64,000 nt of DNA from Penicillus capitatus (Eukaryota; Plantae; Chlorophyta), in the NCBI GenBank assembly GCA_965649825.1, contig OZ287696.1:1708081-1772080 (forward strand), given 5' to 3'. This document shows positions 26,586-39,763 of this stretch, piece by piece (the first letter of the stretch is position 1; each line of letters opens with the position of its first letter). A model generated the notes under the pieces. That model was not told where the DNA came from. It did no database searches and saw nothing but the letters and a program-made list of their open reading frames with translations. The position numbers and the translations under genes are program-made.

Positions 26586-27368
26586 TTAAGGACTTAATGT
26601 GTACTTAATCAGGCGAAGTTTCTCGCGTGTGAAATCGTCGGGACGTACTCCCTTCGGCAACATGTCTCGAATACAGAGCTTCTCCAAAGCGAAGCCTTCT
26701 TCTTGGGCGCACTGCTCGACGAGATCTTCTTTCGTCGTTGCTCGCAAAGCGAAACAGGCATAGAAAGCGCATTCCTCCTCGACGCCATTCTCACTCGCAG
26801 CGTGAAACAGTCGCTTGATCGCGGCAAAGAGCAACGAGGGCGATCCAAACGACGTCTGGAAAACATCCGCCCCGAGGACGACGGTCGGCCATGACTTCGT
26901 CTCTGAGAATGTATTGATCAACTGCTGAACGGAATCTGCGTCGCCCCACGACAAAGGAGCGATGCTGACGAGATGCGACGAAAGCTCTGCAGAGAGAACA
27001 GGCGACTTTTCTGGTAGAGAGAATGTCGGCTTCCTACCGTTCAGTTCACAGGTCTTGCGCAAGAGGTCCAGGACATGTGGATTGCCATCCGTAAGAGAAA
27101 CATGCGCTGCACGACACTGCCCAGTGACGAAGCCCGTCAGTCCGCAGCCAGCTCCCACTTCCAATACGTGTTTCCCTTCGAAGAGGTGACGCGTCTGCAC
27201 CACGTACCACGCCAATACCTGACTTGCAGGCCACACCACGAGCCCTGTCAGGTCATAGTCCGTCGTCGCTGCTTTCGAACACAGGAGACGTTGATGGACG
27301 TCGCCAAAAACGAACGTCTCTTCTTCGAACGCAGTCGGGACGAATATCTCGGCGTCGTAGCCTTCCAT
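26586..27368 (-). CDS. Family-16 (METTL21/23-like) protein lysine methyltransferase
   Basis: TDYDLTGLVVWPAS, VLEVGAGCGLTG, LTDG, LSWG and VLGADV motifs; probable in-frame 51-nt intron GTAGGA..GCAG. Confidence 0.88.
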   Translation of the reverse strand: MEGYDAEIFVPTAFEEETFVFGDVHQRLLCSKAATTDYDLTGLVVWPASQVLAWYVVQTRHLFEGKHVLEVGAGCGLTGFVTGQCRAAHVSLTDGNPHVLDLLRKTCELNGRKPTFSLPEKSPVLSAELSSHLVSIAPLSWGDADSVQQLINTFSETKSWPTVVLGADVFQTSFGSPSLLFAAIKRLFHAASENGVEEECAFYACFALRATTKEDLVEQCAQEEGFALEKLCIRDMLPKGVRPDDFTREKLRLIKYTLSP

Positions 27369-27374
27369 TTAAAG

Positions 27375-29618
27375 ATGTCGACATCGTCGCACTCGGCCTC
27401 ATTGTCCTCGGCATCCAGCTCGTCCGTCTCCGAAGTGCGGACGTGGGAAGGAATGCGTGACAGATCGCTGTTGTTGTAGGACGAAGGGCAGATATCTCTT
27501 GAAACGCGCGCGCGTTTCAGCGAAGCCTTGGAGAAGATTCGCAGACGCGACCCGTCCATCTACGACAAGAGCACGAGCTTTTTCGACTCATCAGCTGCTT
27601 CATCGGACGAGGAATCGGCGAAAGAAGAAGAGAAGGCGAAACCGCTTTACCTCAAAGACGTCAACGCACAGAACGTAATGCCTTGATCTTCAGACACACC
27701 TCCTGGATGCTTGCCGTCTAGCTGTTGCGTTTTGGTGCAACGGCTTACGTTTCTGAGGAAGAGCTTGAAGAATTGAGTGAGACTGAGGAGCCGTCAGCGG
27801 ACGGAAAGAAACAAAAATTGCTGTACGATGAGAAACAGAAAGAACATCGAGATGCTTTGCTTGATGCATTGGATGGAGAAGACGATGAAGAGGAGGGGGA
27901 GAGTTTCGGTGGACTTGAGCGAGCCCAACAAGAGAGCCGCCAGTTGCTTCTGCCAGATCCGGAGGCAGAGAGAAGGCGAGAAGATGCTCAGAAGGTCGTC
28001 TCCCTTGTGCAACTGTGATGCCGCCCCAAACAGTATTTGCTGTTTTCAGAATCTGGATCGTTACTTTACTCACGTCTCCGATCTGAAGGCAGAGGATGCT
28101 GCGTTTCTGAAGGAGTACATTGAGAAGGAAGAATGGAGGATTGACAAATGGGGTGCCGATGATGAGTTGGATGATGAGATCGAGTTTGATCAGGATGAAG
28201 CGTATCTCGAACAAGGAGCGAAGTTCGAGGCAGATTACAACTTCCGCTTTGAAGTGCGTCTTTTCTGAGAGGTGGATGACAAAATGATGATCGACAGGAA
28301 CCCGGATCACATGAAATCGTTGGTCATCCACGCGCACCGGACGGGGCACTGCGTCAGAAGGAAAGCCGACGAAAGAGGCAGAGAGCCAACAGAGCCGAAC
28401 GTCAAAGACAGAGAAAACATCAAGAGGAACAGGAAATCAAAGAACAGAAAAACAAGAAAAGAAAAGAAATCCAGGAAAAGTGTGACCAGCAATGCCATCA
28501 CCGAGATCTTCGAATGATGCTCTCTTAGGCTTGGAGAGCTAAACACGGCTTGCGGTGGGAAAATGAGTGCGGATCTCCTGGAGAGACTTCTGGACAGCGA
28601 CCAGGAATTCGACGCAGCTGAATGGGATGCCAAAATGGAAGAAGCTTTCAACGATGACTACTATCAAGTACCAAACAGAACTGCGCAAAGCTTCTGCATG
28701 GGTAATCGAACAGGAGGATGACACACAATTCCAACTGACGACTGAAGAGAAATCGCTGCCAACGTCTCCTCCAAAGAAAAGTGTAAGAACGAGATTGTGG
28801 TAACTTACTGAATAGCAAGCGAGGTTGGGTGTGCAGTATGAAAGGGAGGATGTAGAAAAGGACAGTCCTGTCCTGTCGAAGGCAGAACAGAAAAGAGAGC
28901 TTCAAAGCCTCATGTTACAGTATTATGCCCTTGATCGCGAAGATAACATCGATGGCATCAAATGTCGGTATCGATACATCAAGGCATTTGTGCTTCTGCC
29001 GCGATCACTCGAAGAGATGCGCGTGGTGTGCTAGGTCCCTAAAGAAAGCTATGGCTTAGAACCACATGACATTCTATGTCTGGATGACAAGAAACTGAAT
29101 GCATACGTCGGCCTGCGGAGATTGAATCCTTACAGAGATGATCTGACGGACTATAAGTATAGTCCATGGAAACTGAAACAGTTGCTCAACGACATCGATT
29201 ACCATCATCCAACATCGCTTTCCACAAAACAGGAGGAGAAGGCATCGTTTGAGCGCAAAAGCACTCAGAACGAAGAACAAGATGAGGCCTTTCTTGCTGA
29301 AAAGGTACTTGTATGCTCAGATATCTCAGTCGCTGATGAATCATGACCGCACGAGGACAGATTCGCCAAGCAGAGGATCCCAATGTGAAGGCACGGTTGG
29401 AATCGTACAGCTTCGAGACACTGAGACCATTGGGCATAAAGAGAGCGAAGAAGGCCTCGACAGTTACTGCGGAGAACGGTGAACGAGATGTAAAAGTGCA
29501 GAAGCTGGAGGAAGGTGATAAGATGAAAGGAATGGCGAAATCTCAAAGAAAAAACGCGAAGCGGAGGAAAAAGAAACGAGAACAGAAATCTGTATCTTCG
29601 CAACAGGCTCTTGAATAA
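27375..29618 (+). CDS. KRI1: KRI1 ribosome biogenesis protein, multi-exon
   Basis: Spliced SSVSE|DEG...EKIRRRDPSIYDK, KPLYLKDV, FLKEYI, FEADYNFRFE, YYALDREDNIDGIKCRYRY, YGLEPHDIL.LDDKKLNAYVGLREL.PYR. Confidence 0.9.
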
Positions 29619-30604
29619 TATGTGTTCTTTCAGCACATCAGGTTCAACAGAAACAGCTGGCCATCTACTATGACACCTCCGACAGATTCCGAACGGCAAT
29701 CCAGGAATAACGCAGAGAGGGATGTCGGCACATCACTTGTCCTCCACAAATCTGTTCCCTGCCTAAAAATGCTTTTCGTCGGACTCATGCGGAAATAGAT
29801 GCAGCCTGGAAAAGGTTCCAGGCATGGAAGTTCTCTATCATGTGTGCCGCCGACGACATAACAACTGTGAAATAGAGTACTTGCAAACTCTAGAGCCACA
29901 CTGTCCGATGGAGATCTGGAGAGTAGGATACTGTCACTACCTTACTATCGAGAGGCATTCATTAAATATGGACTTTCGTCCTCGATCACCAGGGCGATGG
30001 ATATGTCTCCATCGCAGAGGGCTCATAATCGGATCCGACGAACAATACACTTTAGGAACGCGCTGAACAACGCGATCTTGAAGGGGGAGAAAACAACGCC
30101 ATTAGCGCGGCAGACGTCCGAGCTTTGGTCGTCGTGGATAACCGACTTCTTCCTTCCAGCGGTTGCGATCTTCATCTGTGCCGCAGCAGTTCTCATACAA
30201 TGACCTCGCCACCGATGACGAAGACTCGATCGACCACGCTATGCGCGCTGTTTTGCGGTGTCTCGGATGGCGATCTCGAAAGTGATCACGAGTGAGACGT
30301 CTTCTCCGATGCCAACTCTTCTCGAATACAATCTAGTTGTCCGAATGGATGCTGGAGGAGGTCTGTTAGAAAGCAGTGTTGGCGTTAGCCTGCTTCCAGC
30401 AGACAACAACCGTATCCAACTTGGCCGAATCTTGGGTCAAGTCGATCAACCGTCAAGAAACTTTACTGAATATTCCTTTTTTTACAAACGCCTTCCAAGA
30501 CATCCGTCGAGACGCAGAAGCGAAGCCGTGCTTTTCGTCTTCATATCCGTATCGATTCACGAACAGCTCTCCACAGCACATGTACCACAGATTTGAAGGC
30601 GGCT

Positions 30605-31003
30605 ATGACGACCGAGGACGACCGTTTCGCAGTACAAGAGGTCCTGCTCGCCGCATTGTGGGGAGCCTCTGGCGTCTTGTTCGTCGTTTCTTTGGTCACG
30701 TCTGTCGCGATATTCTCCTTCACGGCAACGGAACAGTGTCCGTCTCTTGGCCAAGCCGATTGCTTTGAAGATAAGGAGCTGTGTCCAGGAGAAAAGGCCT
30801 GCTTCTGCCTTGCCTCTATTGTCAACGTTCCTCAGTCATCCGATCTCGATGAGTGGCAGTATTGCCACGGCTATGACTTTCACATGTCCCACACAGCAGA
30901 ACTCTGCTACTGGACAACGCGTACGTTGACATTCGTGGGCCTCATTTTGCTCTGCGTCCTGTTTGTTTTTGGCCGAGTCGTGCACTTTCGTTGGGATCTC
31001 TGA
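30605..31003 (+). CDS. 132-aa intronless two-TM protein with a 7-Cys loop, paralog 1
   Basis: Clear paralog at 42458-42856 with identical Cys spacing and conserved hydrophobic helices; I recognise no family. Confidence 0.8.
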   Translation: MTTEDDRFAVQEVLLAALWGASGVLFVVSLVTSVAIFSFTATEQCPSLGQADCFEDKELCPGEKACFCLASIVNVPQSSDLDEWQYCHGYDFHMSHTAELCYWTTRTLTFVGLILLCVLFVFGRVVHFRWDL

Positions 31004-31959
31004 AGATGGATATAGGTTAGGGCACGAGGAATGAAAAGACGTTAGGAACGTCAAGAAACTGGAAGAAGAGGTTAAGCGGTCTACCGCAGGTTTCTTTGCG
31101 TTTACATAATTAGACTCCACACAAACAAACTGTCCAGAGAATCCCCAACCAATTCTTTCTGTGTATTCTATGCGATGACGTTCATTTGTCATTTCTCTTT
31201 CTCTTTTAAAGGACGCACGATTTCTTGGCATGTCAAGGAGATGTTTTCGTTTGGTCTGGAACCCTTAAAGATGACTTTATTGCCGAACTGTAGGAACCAA
31301 AGAAACCTTTATTGACGAACAGTAGGAAGTGAATCCATCGGTGAAGATGGAGGTGTTGTAGAGAGCTTCAGATTTTGTAGGTCCTGTAGAGCATTACCGA
31401 GATCCTTGCACCAAACGTGTCAGCAGCTTCTAGGCTTCTAGACGCATCGTCGAGCACTGTCGTCGCATAAATAAACGCAACGGGCAAAGGCTCCTTGTGA
31501 TTTAGACCTGCTCTGTTCGAAGAAGCAATGTCGAGTTCTGTTGAAAATGTTCTTTATCTAACTACCAGTCAGCCCCAGTACACACAAAATTCATATCCAT
31601 GGCAGCGAGATCTGTCGAAGTTCGAAGATTATCTGCGGCCGCCTTTTTTTCGGATTGGAACGGCACGTGCGTTGTGAAGAGAATCGCTGTCTCTTTTGGT
31701 TCAACGAGTTGTGACGGTTTTCTGTACACGCATACATTCACACTGTTTGCGTGCCTTTTTTTTGATGTATTGCTGACACGATCTCGTCAGCAATCTCTGA
31801 GAATCTTTTCGTTCGTCTTTGGACTGCGAAATTTCGTATGTGCCATCCAATGAATACATCCCAGATGTACCGCCAAGAAGTCCTGGCACATTACTCATAC
31901 ACAAGCGCGGAATTCTTATGTGAAACGCTAAACTATTAGATCCAGTTGATTTGTAGAGT

Positions 31960-32547
31960 TCGCATTATGTGTGGATCTGTGCGGAGAAAGAGATCTCGCG
32001 ACGAATGCGCTTACTCACATCCGGACTGGCGAAAGCCGATCGGTAGGCCCAAGGAGACGACGCACTCGCGCATCTCTCCGGCTCCAGTTCTGTCACGCGT
32101 GCGGCAGGAGGTTCTGACCATGTGTATATTCTACTCTCGGCCATCGAAGAAACGATCTCGCGAAAAGTATGCTGTTGCGTTCGACGGTTTCCGTCTTCAA
32201 GTTCTCTGTAACTTCCTTACATCAGAAGCGGAATATTCCTTTCTCTACGGAAACGTTCTGTCAACCGCAACCTTAGTGCATGATTTCTATTGGCGGACTA
32301 TCAGACTCAAAATCCCGTAGCCGTGTTTATTAGCATAGCAGCGTCCTAGATCTCCACCCGGATGCATATGCTTCGGCGGACAACCTGGATGACGGTTTGT
32401 CCGGTCTGTCGAGATACATCGCGTTCGCTCTGGATGGACAAGGATTTCTCGAAGCCACCGCTCAACATGTGCATTGAATGCGCCCAACGTACAAAGTCTC
32501 TACTACTCCTTAAGCCTGTTTTCTATTCGATTTGGGGGTCGGCATGA
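31960..32547 (+). CDS. Possible spliced hypothetical gene (CxxC pairs in the last ORF); structure unresolved
   Basis: Intron-like GTAGGC..GGCAG and GTATGC..TCAAG segments; ORF with CPVC..CIEC. I could not build a single consistent exon chain. Confidence 0.25.
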
Positions 32548-32550
32548 CAT

Positions 32551-35500
32551 TTAATTGGTTGACGGGACAGGTGGCTCCTCTTCAATCTCGCATTGCGTGC
32601 GCCTTCTCTGTCTCTTGGCACGACGTTCGTGCGGACGCGTGTTGCTCTCGACGTCTCGCGGATTCGCAGAAGCTTCAGCATCCGTGGCACAGGAGGGGCG
32701 CGTTGACAGAAGATCAGGTTCTGTGAAGGATGATCGTCTTCTTGGCAACAGCTCGTTCTTGATCGGCGTCATTCGCAGTTCTGGACCAACAGTGCTGCGA
32801 CGAAATCTCGTTCGGGATTTTCTCTTCTTCAGGAAGTCAATAGCAACACACTGCAGATTGGATGGCAGATGACTCCCAATGCCATTCACCGCTGCAGCAC
32901 AAGAAATGAGCATTCTTGAATCGTGCGATGGAGGAGAGGACCAATAAGTTGGCGATCGACTTTGTACAGAGCCTTTGGCAAAGAGATCGATCCAGGGAAT
33001 GCCTTCTCCCAGTCCAGGTGCAGACGATCATCCATTGCCGTGCAGATCTCTTTCAGTAGGAAGAGCGCAATGTCGCAGATGATATAGAGCCGTGTGTCGA
33101 TTTCTGGTTTCTACATCCAAGTGTGTGCACGCGCTTTGTGGAATGGCAAAAGGGATTTCTCACCTCGGCATCGTGTGAATACTTGATGCACTGGAGAAGG
33201 CTTTTCATGATTGGAATGTTTTCGCCGAGGTTCGTCATCTCTACGGTAAGCAAAAGTTCAAAGAGGAAGAGCAGCATCTCCTGAAAAGGATCGTAGACAG
33301 TTGGTCCCTCCTCTGCAATGAGAGACGCCTAGATATCGGCTCATCAGTGAGCAAAACGGTTTTCCGTTTGTTGGCTTACGTCTGGAAAATCGTCGTGGTG
33401 CGCAAGAAGGTGTACGAGATAAGGGAGCATGAATTCTGGCATGGCATGAAGCCGCTGTATTTCTGAGGCCGATTCCAATGAAGCTACGTTTCGCACGTTC
33501 CGTCGTTCCAGTGCAATGACCGTCTTCAAATGTTCTTTCGCCTTCATTCTGACCACCGTGAATCAGATAAGAAAGAGAGAGGCTGAAACACTGACTTATG
33601 GTTTTCCACTGGGTCTATCGCAGCTAGAGCAAGACAGGCTGCATATTTATGGCAACGATGCAGTTGTCCCAATCTCAGCACATAACTCATCTGCTCCGTC
33701 AGTTTCTGGATCGCTGCAGATCTTGCATTTGGTGCGGAGTCTTGTACAGTGAACGCCACGTCCTACGCCAAAAGGAGATGCGCCTCTTTGGTTGCCGTCG
33801 TCGAGCTTTACTCGAAAGAGTTGATTATCGAACTCTGTCTTTCGGAATCGTTGGATTTTTAGGACGGCAGACACCGTCGTCACTCGCAGATGACTCTTGT
33901 CGAGGTCGAGCTTCTCGGCCTCCTCGAAGCTCAGTTGAGATGACGACTTCTCAAAAGTTCCTCCCAATCGATACAGAGAATTGGAATCAGGGTTCAGCAG
34001 ACTATGCACACATCGTCAGCGTCGGCGATGGTGTGAAGAGGGTTCAGCTGTACTCCAGTGAGGCAATAATGCCTAGGCAGCTTTCTGCAAGTTTCTGGAT
34101 GCCATCCATGTTTCCAGTTGCCGATTCTGTCGACGGAGAAGGGGTACAGGCTCGAGCAATTGCTTTGAATGCCATGGACTTAAGAATGACATCCGGTTCC
34201 ACATCTGGTATCGTCTCTTCTGTCGTCTTCGGAAAAGAGGAGATTGGAGGGACACCCACAGAGCTCTGCAAATAGATTGCCAAAGCAAACTCCGCAAAGA
34301 TCGTTGCATTCGCTTGCAGCAATTGAGGAGACAGATGTCCAATCGTGGCAACTGCCTGTATGGCAAAAGCGGAAATGGGATCCGCAGCAAAGTCTTCTCT
34401 CTGCATCCTTCTGCAGAAATCGCCGCAGACGTCATCGAGAAACTGTCAACACAGTGATGGCCGAGATGACGAAGAATGACTGTTCACCTTCGTGCTGTCT
34501 TCAAAGGACATGAAACTGTGGAGAATGAAGACAGTGTATTTTCCACACTTGGGTGTTCCACTGCCCATCGTGATGGCTCTCTTCAAGTGCTGTACAATCC
34601 TGGATGCCGCGTTCTCCTGTTGTGTATTGGGGTCGATGCATCGATAGAGCTTTGCCGCTGAAGCAATGCTCTTCAAGAGCAGCTCGATCACATTCGCACG
34701 CGTTTCAGCTTCGAGTTTTGCTGCGTAGATCTCCAGTCGTTGCAAAAACAGGCTTCCGCAGAGCTGCAGAGAATGTGGCGTTGCTATTCCTTCTCGTGTC
34801 TATTCCTCACCTTGGCCAATTTTCTGTACAGCTCGCAGTCTTCGTTCATAAGGACGTCGTCGAGAATGTCTTCTGGGAGGAAGGAAGGACAAGCCTGAAA
34901 GCACAGAGATTTGTAGAATTCGGCCGCCGCCGTCCTGCTCCCCAGGTAAGACACAATCTCTTTTCTGCTCTCCATCCAAACCTGGCTCGTACATTCCGTC
35001 AGTTGACTGTCAGTGGAGACATAACGGACCTCTTTCGTAGCTAGAACCCCGCAGCAGGCATCCAGCTTTTTCACGATGCGCTTATCGTTCGACTCCAGCA
35101 GTTTCAGGAAATGTCCTCTTGTCTTTTCACTCGGTGGGAAAAAGTTGAGGATCTGGGACACGTGTGCACTCTGCGGCGTTCCAGTTGACAGGAGAGTGGA
35201 GACAAAGTCAGAGATCGCTGCCTGCACACCGCTGTTGGTAGATCTACGTTTTCGATGGAGTGACCTGTAGGGAGTGTTTGTACTCCACCGTCTTGAGAAA
35301 CGCCTTCCTTTGCTTCTCATTGAACGCATGGTACATGTGGCTGAGCAATCGGCCTGCTTCTCTCCTGTGAAGGTTTGGGGGAAAGAGACCGCTCTTGGAT
35401 ACAGTTCCAAAGAAAGCGGCGCGGATTTCAGGCACACATCCCGTCGCTTCAAACAGACATCCCATGTGCACAAGGCACGACATCTGCAGACTTCCTTCGT

Positions 35501-37401
35501 GCTCAGAGAACCACTGGAACAATTCGACAATGGTCTCTGCGGCACACTTACGTACGGAGTGTTTCTTGTCTCTCAACCTGAGAAACGTCGTTCGACATGA
35601 TTTGACGGAAAGGTGCGGCACCTCATGAAAACTGCCCCTAGGTGATGATCATCAAAGGCACTGCTGTTTTCGATGATCGAGCGAGAACAGGACAACAGTG
35701 CTTTGCTCCTGACTTTGTCACTCGGGTCCAACAGGCGATTGAAGCAAGATTTGTGAAGCTACGTGACAGACAGAGAGACTCTATAGAGTGACCACGACAT
35801 TGAATACCTGTTGCCTCTGTTCCGTTTCTGGAATCTGTTTTGCGATTTCTGGTATTGAAGAGACAGCTAACAAGCGTATGTTCTCCTATTATGGCCTCCA
35901 CTTCATGACAGATCAAATTAGATCAAAAAGTAACCTTGGCATCGACCACTCTCTCTGTGAACTCTCTTGTAAGAGTGGTGTATTCGTCCATGCTAAGAAC
36001 GCAGGATTGTCTGTCATTGAGAAAGCGCTCGACAACTTCCAGAGATTTAAGTCTACGCATCAACATTCAGCAACAGGACATATCGTGTCACAGCTGACCT
36101 TTTCGATTCATGAGTACTGCTAAGAAGCTCTTGGAGATGTGGAAGGATCGTGAGTGAAAGAGTAGAGCACAATTCACAGAACTAAAGCATTCAGGTATCG
36201 ACGAATACCAAATTGCCAGTCAGTAATTATAGACCTTGGACAGGATTTTGTAGCACTCTTCAGGCTTGCTGTCCTCTTTAGGCAATCCTTTCGAAACAAG
36301 ACCCACACAGAAAGACCGAACAGAGGCATCCAGCTTTTCACTCTTAAAGACACGCTGAACGACCCTAGACAGTCATAGTTGTTATAAGCATATCACAGGC
36401 GCATGGGTAAGAACCGAGAGGCAGCTGGGAACGTTGTTGTATCAATGAGGGGCTGGACGAGGAGTTTCATAGCTCTTTCAGGAATGTCTTCCATCTCCTC
36501 GAGCAAACACAGAATCACCTGCCCCACAGCTTCGCCGACCAGATCATCGTTCTCGACACTGTGCACAACATACAGTGTGCAAAGATCCTCGATCGTACAG
36601 CAGGAACTTTGTTATTTGCAGCAAGGTTCGGATGCACTCCAGCAGTAGATCAGAGGGATCAAGGTCAAGCAATAGCAGACAAAAGCTCACCTATACGTAC
36701 ATTCACCTATCGTCAACACACGACAGGGTGGACCAATGGACCTCAGCGATGGTCTTAAGCGTTCCGAGCGCTTTTTGAAAGTGTTGATCCTTGGGATTCT
36801 TGAGAAAGCGAAACAGAAAAACAATAGCCTCGAATACCGCCTGCAATGACTCTGTGTATGTCACAGAGGTAAAGCGAAGAGAGAGTCTCTACGCTGAGTT
36901 GTTCGTGTTCGAAAGGAGAATTGGGTACAAAGAGGCGGGCCATTTGGCCGAAGATATATCCACAGAACAGACGCACTTCCTGATGCGCATAAGAAGAAAG
37001 CGTCGTCGCAGGTTTGTGTGTGGCTCGAGATACGCACTTCATTCTTGTGCCGACAGTACTTCTCATTGGCAAGTTCGCGGCTGAGTGGACGCATGGCATT
37101 CTGAAGTGCCAGACCCGGCGAGGCGCTCTCGATAATCTGCGCCACTTCCTGTAGGACAACGAACATAGTCGCCACGGCCATCGACGTCGCGTATAGCGCA
37201 AAATAAAAAGAAACGTCGGAAACGCGAGATCTGCCTTTGTGCGTCAACACAAACAGCGCCGCTCACTTTGAGCGCCTTTAGAAGCGTGTTGTTTGACAGG
37301 GAACGATTTGATCGGAGCTGCTTCGTGATACGCTCGAGATGGGATTCGGCATCGGAGTCGACGAAGTCGAAACTTCCCGTCGGTCTTCCTTGAACGCGCA
37401 T
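32551..37401 (-). CDS. PDS5: Cohesin-associated HEAT protein PDS5, many exons
   Basis: LRLRDKKHSVRKCAAE, KYAACLALAAIDP and MPEFMLPYLVHLLAHHDDFP segments; N-terminal LERITKQL..TLLKALK. Confidence 0.88.
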
Positions 37402-38168
37402 CCGAGAGACAGCTAGCTCTGTAGGAGAGAAAGTTAACAGAATCCCTTCTTCTCATTTAATGACCGAAACAAACGGAATGTCCGTTTCTGGATGTCATCT
37501 GTCACATCACCACCATACATCGGCCAGTCCTCACGCGCACACTCCTACCGTCTGTGCCTCTCTGATCCCTGGTGGCATCTTGATGGTGGACAGATCACGA
37601 GGTTGAATGAGCGAATCGGCGGCGAAGTCGGTTTAGATGCCAACAGCATCGCCCGTCTTTCGTAGAAGAATCACCGCACTGGGAATTGTGTTCCGATGTA
37701 TGGGGATGATCATTCGTCGTTCGTAAGCATCTGGATCTCAGACGATGATCACAGCCACTCGCGATCGTAAAGAAGACTGACACCTATGCCGCAAACTATG
37801 TTCCGTTTCGACGAGAGTGTTTGAAGATAAAGGATACAGTCGCCTATTCTTTTGTTTTAAGTCCTCTACTGTTAACATACACAGACATCCTTCATCAGGT
37901 CAACATCCGTACTTCATTTCCGGCCCCTTCCTCTCTTGGTTTACTATGTGTGGATGTGACCAGGGGAATACGCAACGCATGTTGAGAAAGAAACGCCCTT
38001 TAAGGCCAGAGCGATCGAAAGGTTATCAGACAGAGCCAGCGAGATACACTGCTGGGTTAGAGTGCGTCGAGCACTGTCAGCGGAACAGATGCTTCTCTTC
38101 ATGTCAGGCATGGTATCCGATCCAGACATGCGTTGTCTTGACAGTGCATACATAGAAACTATCATAAG

Positions 38169-38980
38169 TCAGTCATCGAAATCTGAGCTTTCATCTTCCG
38201 AGTCCACTTTTCCATACATCACTCCACGCCGAATGCGAGAAGACTGAGCGGATTCCGTCTCCTTTGCGATTTCTTCGATGATCCCAGCATCCATAAGCTT
38301 CTGTTCGAGAGCTGCCGTTGAGAAATTGTCCTTCGCTTTAAACTCATCGAATCCGACCATACGTCCCGTGGAGATGCCATTTGAAAAGTAGATCAAACAG
38401 GGCAACACACGCACTTTGAGTTTTGCTGTGAAGAATGGAGAGGCCTGTCAAAAACAGAGAAGACTGCCACCCTTCCCACAAGAGCAGTGGTTTACTGTGG
38501 CATCCAGTTTGATGAACCGTGTTCGGATGTACTTCCGCGACAAGGTTTCCAGATGTCGATCCAATATGCGACACCGTTCAAAATCGCGGTGAAAGAAGTG
38601 ACAGACGACCTGTGGAGTCTTTGTCACAATTTCGAGAAAGGCTCCTTCTTCGATTTCCATCAGCTTGCCATGTCCCTTCAATAACAGGGTCGATTCCTGA
38701 GCACGTCTCTCATGAGCCTCTTTCAGTTCTTCCAGTCTCTCGGCATGTAATTTCTTCAGTTCTGGGTCATCCATGAAATCGCTCATGTTGACTTGGGCAT
38801 GCTGCACGTGACGAGATGCCGCTTCTGATGCTTTCATTTCCTAAGGGGCCAACCACATTCTATATGGAATTGCGCTGTTCTGTAAGGGGGACGTGCTTTC
38901 TTGTAGTCCTCCGCTGCTGCTTTCATCGCTTCGCCGAAGGCTAAGCTCTGCATGGTTGAGTTTACGGCATTGGGATCCAT
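38169..38980 (-). CDS. TXNDC9: Phosducin-like / thioredoxin-domain protein 9 (PLP3), 3 exons
   Basis: MDPNAVNSTMQSLAFGEAMKAAAEDYKK, DDPELKKLHAERL, VVCHFFHRDFERCRILDRHL, VLPCLIYFSNG..GFDE and C-terminal DSEDESSDFDD*. Confidence 0.92.
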
Positions 38981-39763
38981 CTCGCTGCTGATACTCGTGC
39001 GGAGACTGTCAAATGCGTCTGTCCAAAATGACAATTGATGGACAGACAATTTCGGGAACGGCGATGGACGTTGCCCGAAAACGTCATTTCTGTTTCGAGG
39101 AGACTTTAAGGCCAAGAGCCGGACCTGAACCTTGAGACAATGCTCGTTGAGTCTTTTGTCTCTAAAGGCATGAACATTATCCTTGATCGGACGACGTAAA
39201 GTATTTCTTATGGCTCGTCCGGAAAAGTCAGGACATCAACTGCATGAGACCCGCTCGAAAGGATAGGCCAACCATGCGAACCCAATAAAGACGCCGCCTA
39301 TTGTCGCAGTGATGTAATTGAGCGAACACGGATCGCCTCTGTGTATGACTGAATTCGTTCTAGTTCTGTGGCATGTAACATCTGAAGAAAACCATCCCCC
39401 AATCGTAAGCGTTCGATAAAAAGATGGATGGATGCCTTCTAATCTGAGAATGCTGCTCAAGACCTGCTATTTCGCGCGGGTGGTATCACCGTTGCCATGC
39501 GATATCACGAACGCTGTCGATTCATACGAGCGAATAGATCATTCCGTTTATTCGAATTCTCGAATGCTTTAAACAGAGAGTAAGACTCACGCAGGCAGTG
39601 CGCAACAGAGAAGAAGACGAAGAACTGCCAATGACGAAAGGAAAAGTAAGTGTATTGCACACACAGACTGTGACTGGTGTCTATCAGAGGGGCATTTGGC
39701 GGGCAGTGATGATACGGTAATGTATGTCATCGCCCTACAGCAAGAGAGATTCTGGAACGCACA

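Noticed and set aside
29630-30596. ORFs between KRI1 and the first Cys-loop gene as possible upstream exons or a separate gene
   Set aside because: No similarity to the region upstream of the second paralog and no supported splice chain.
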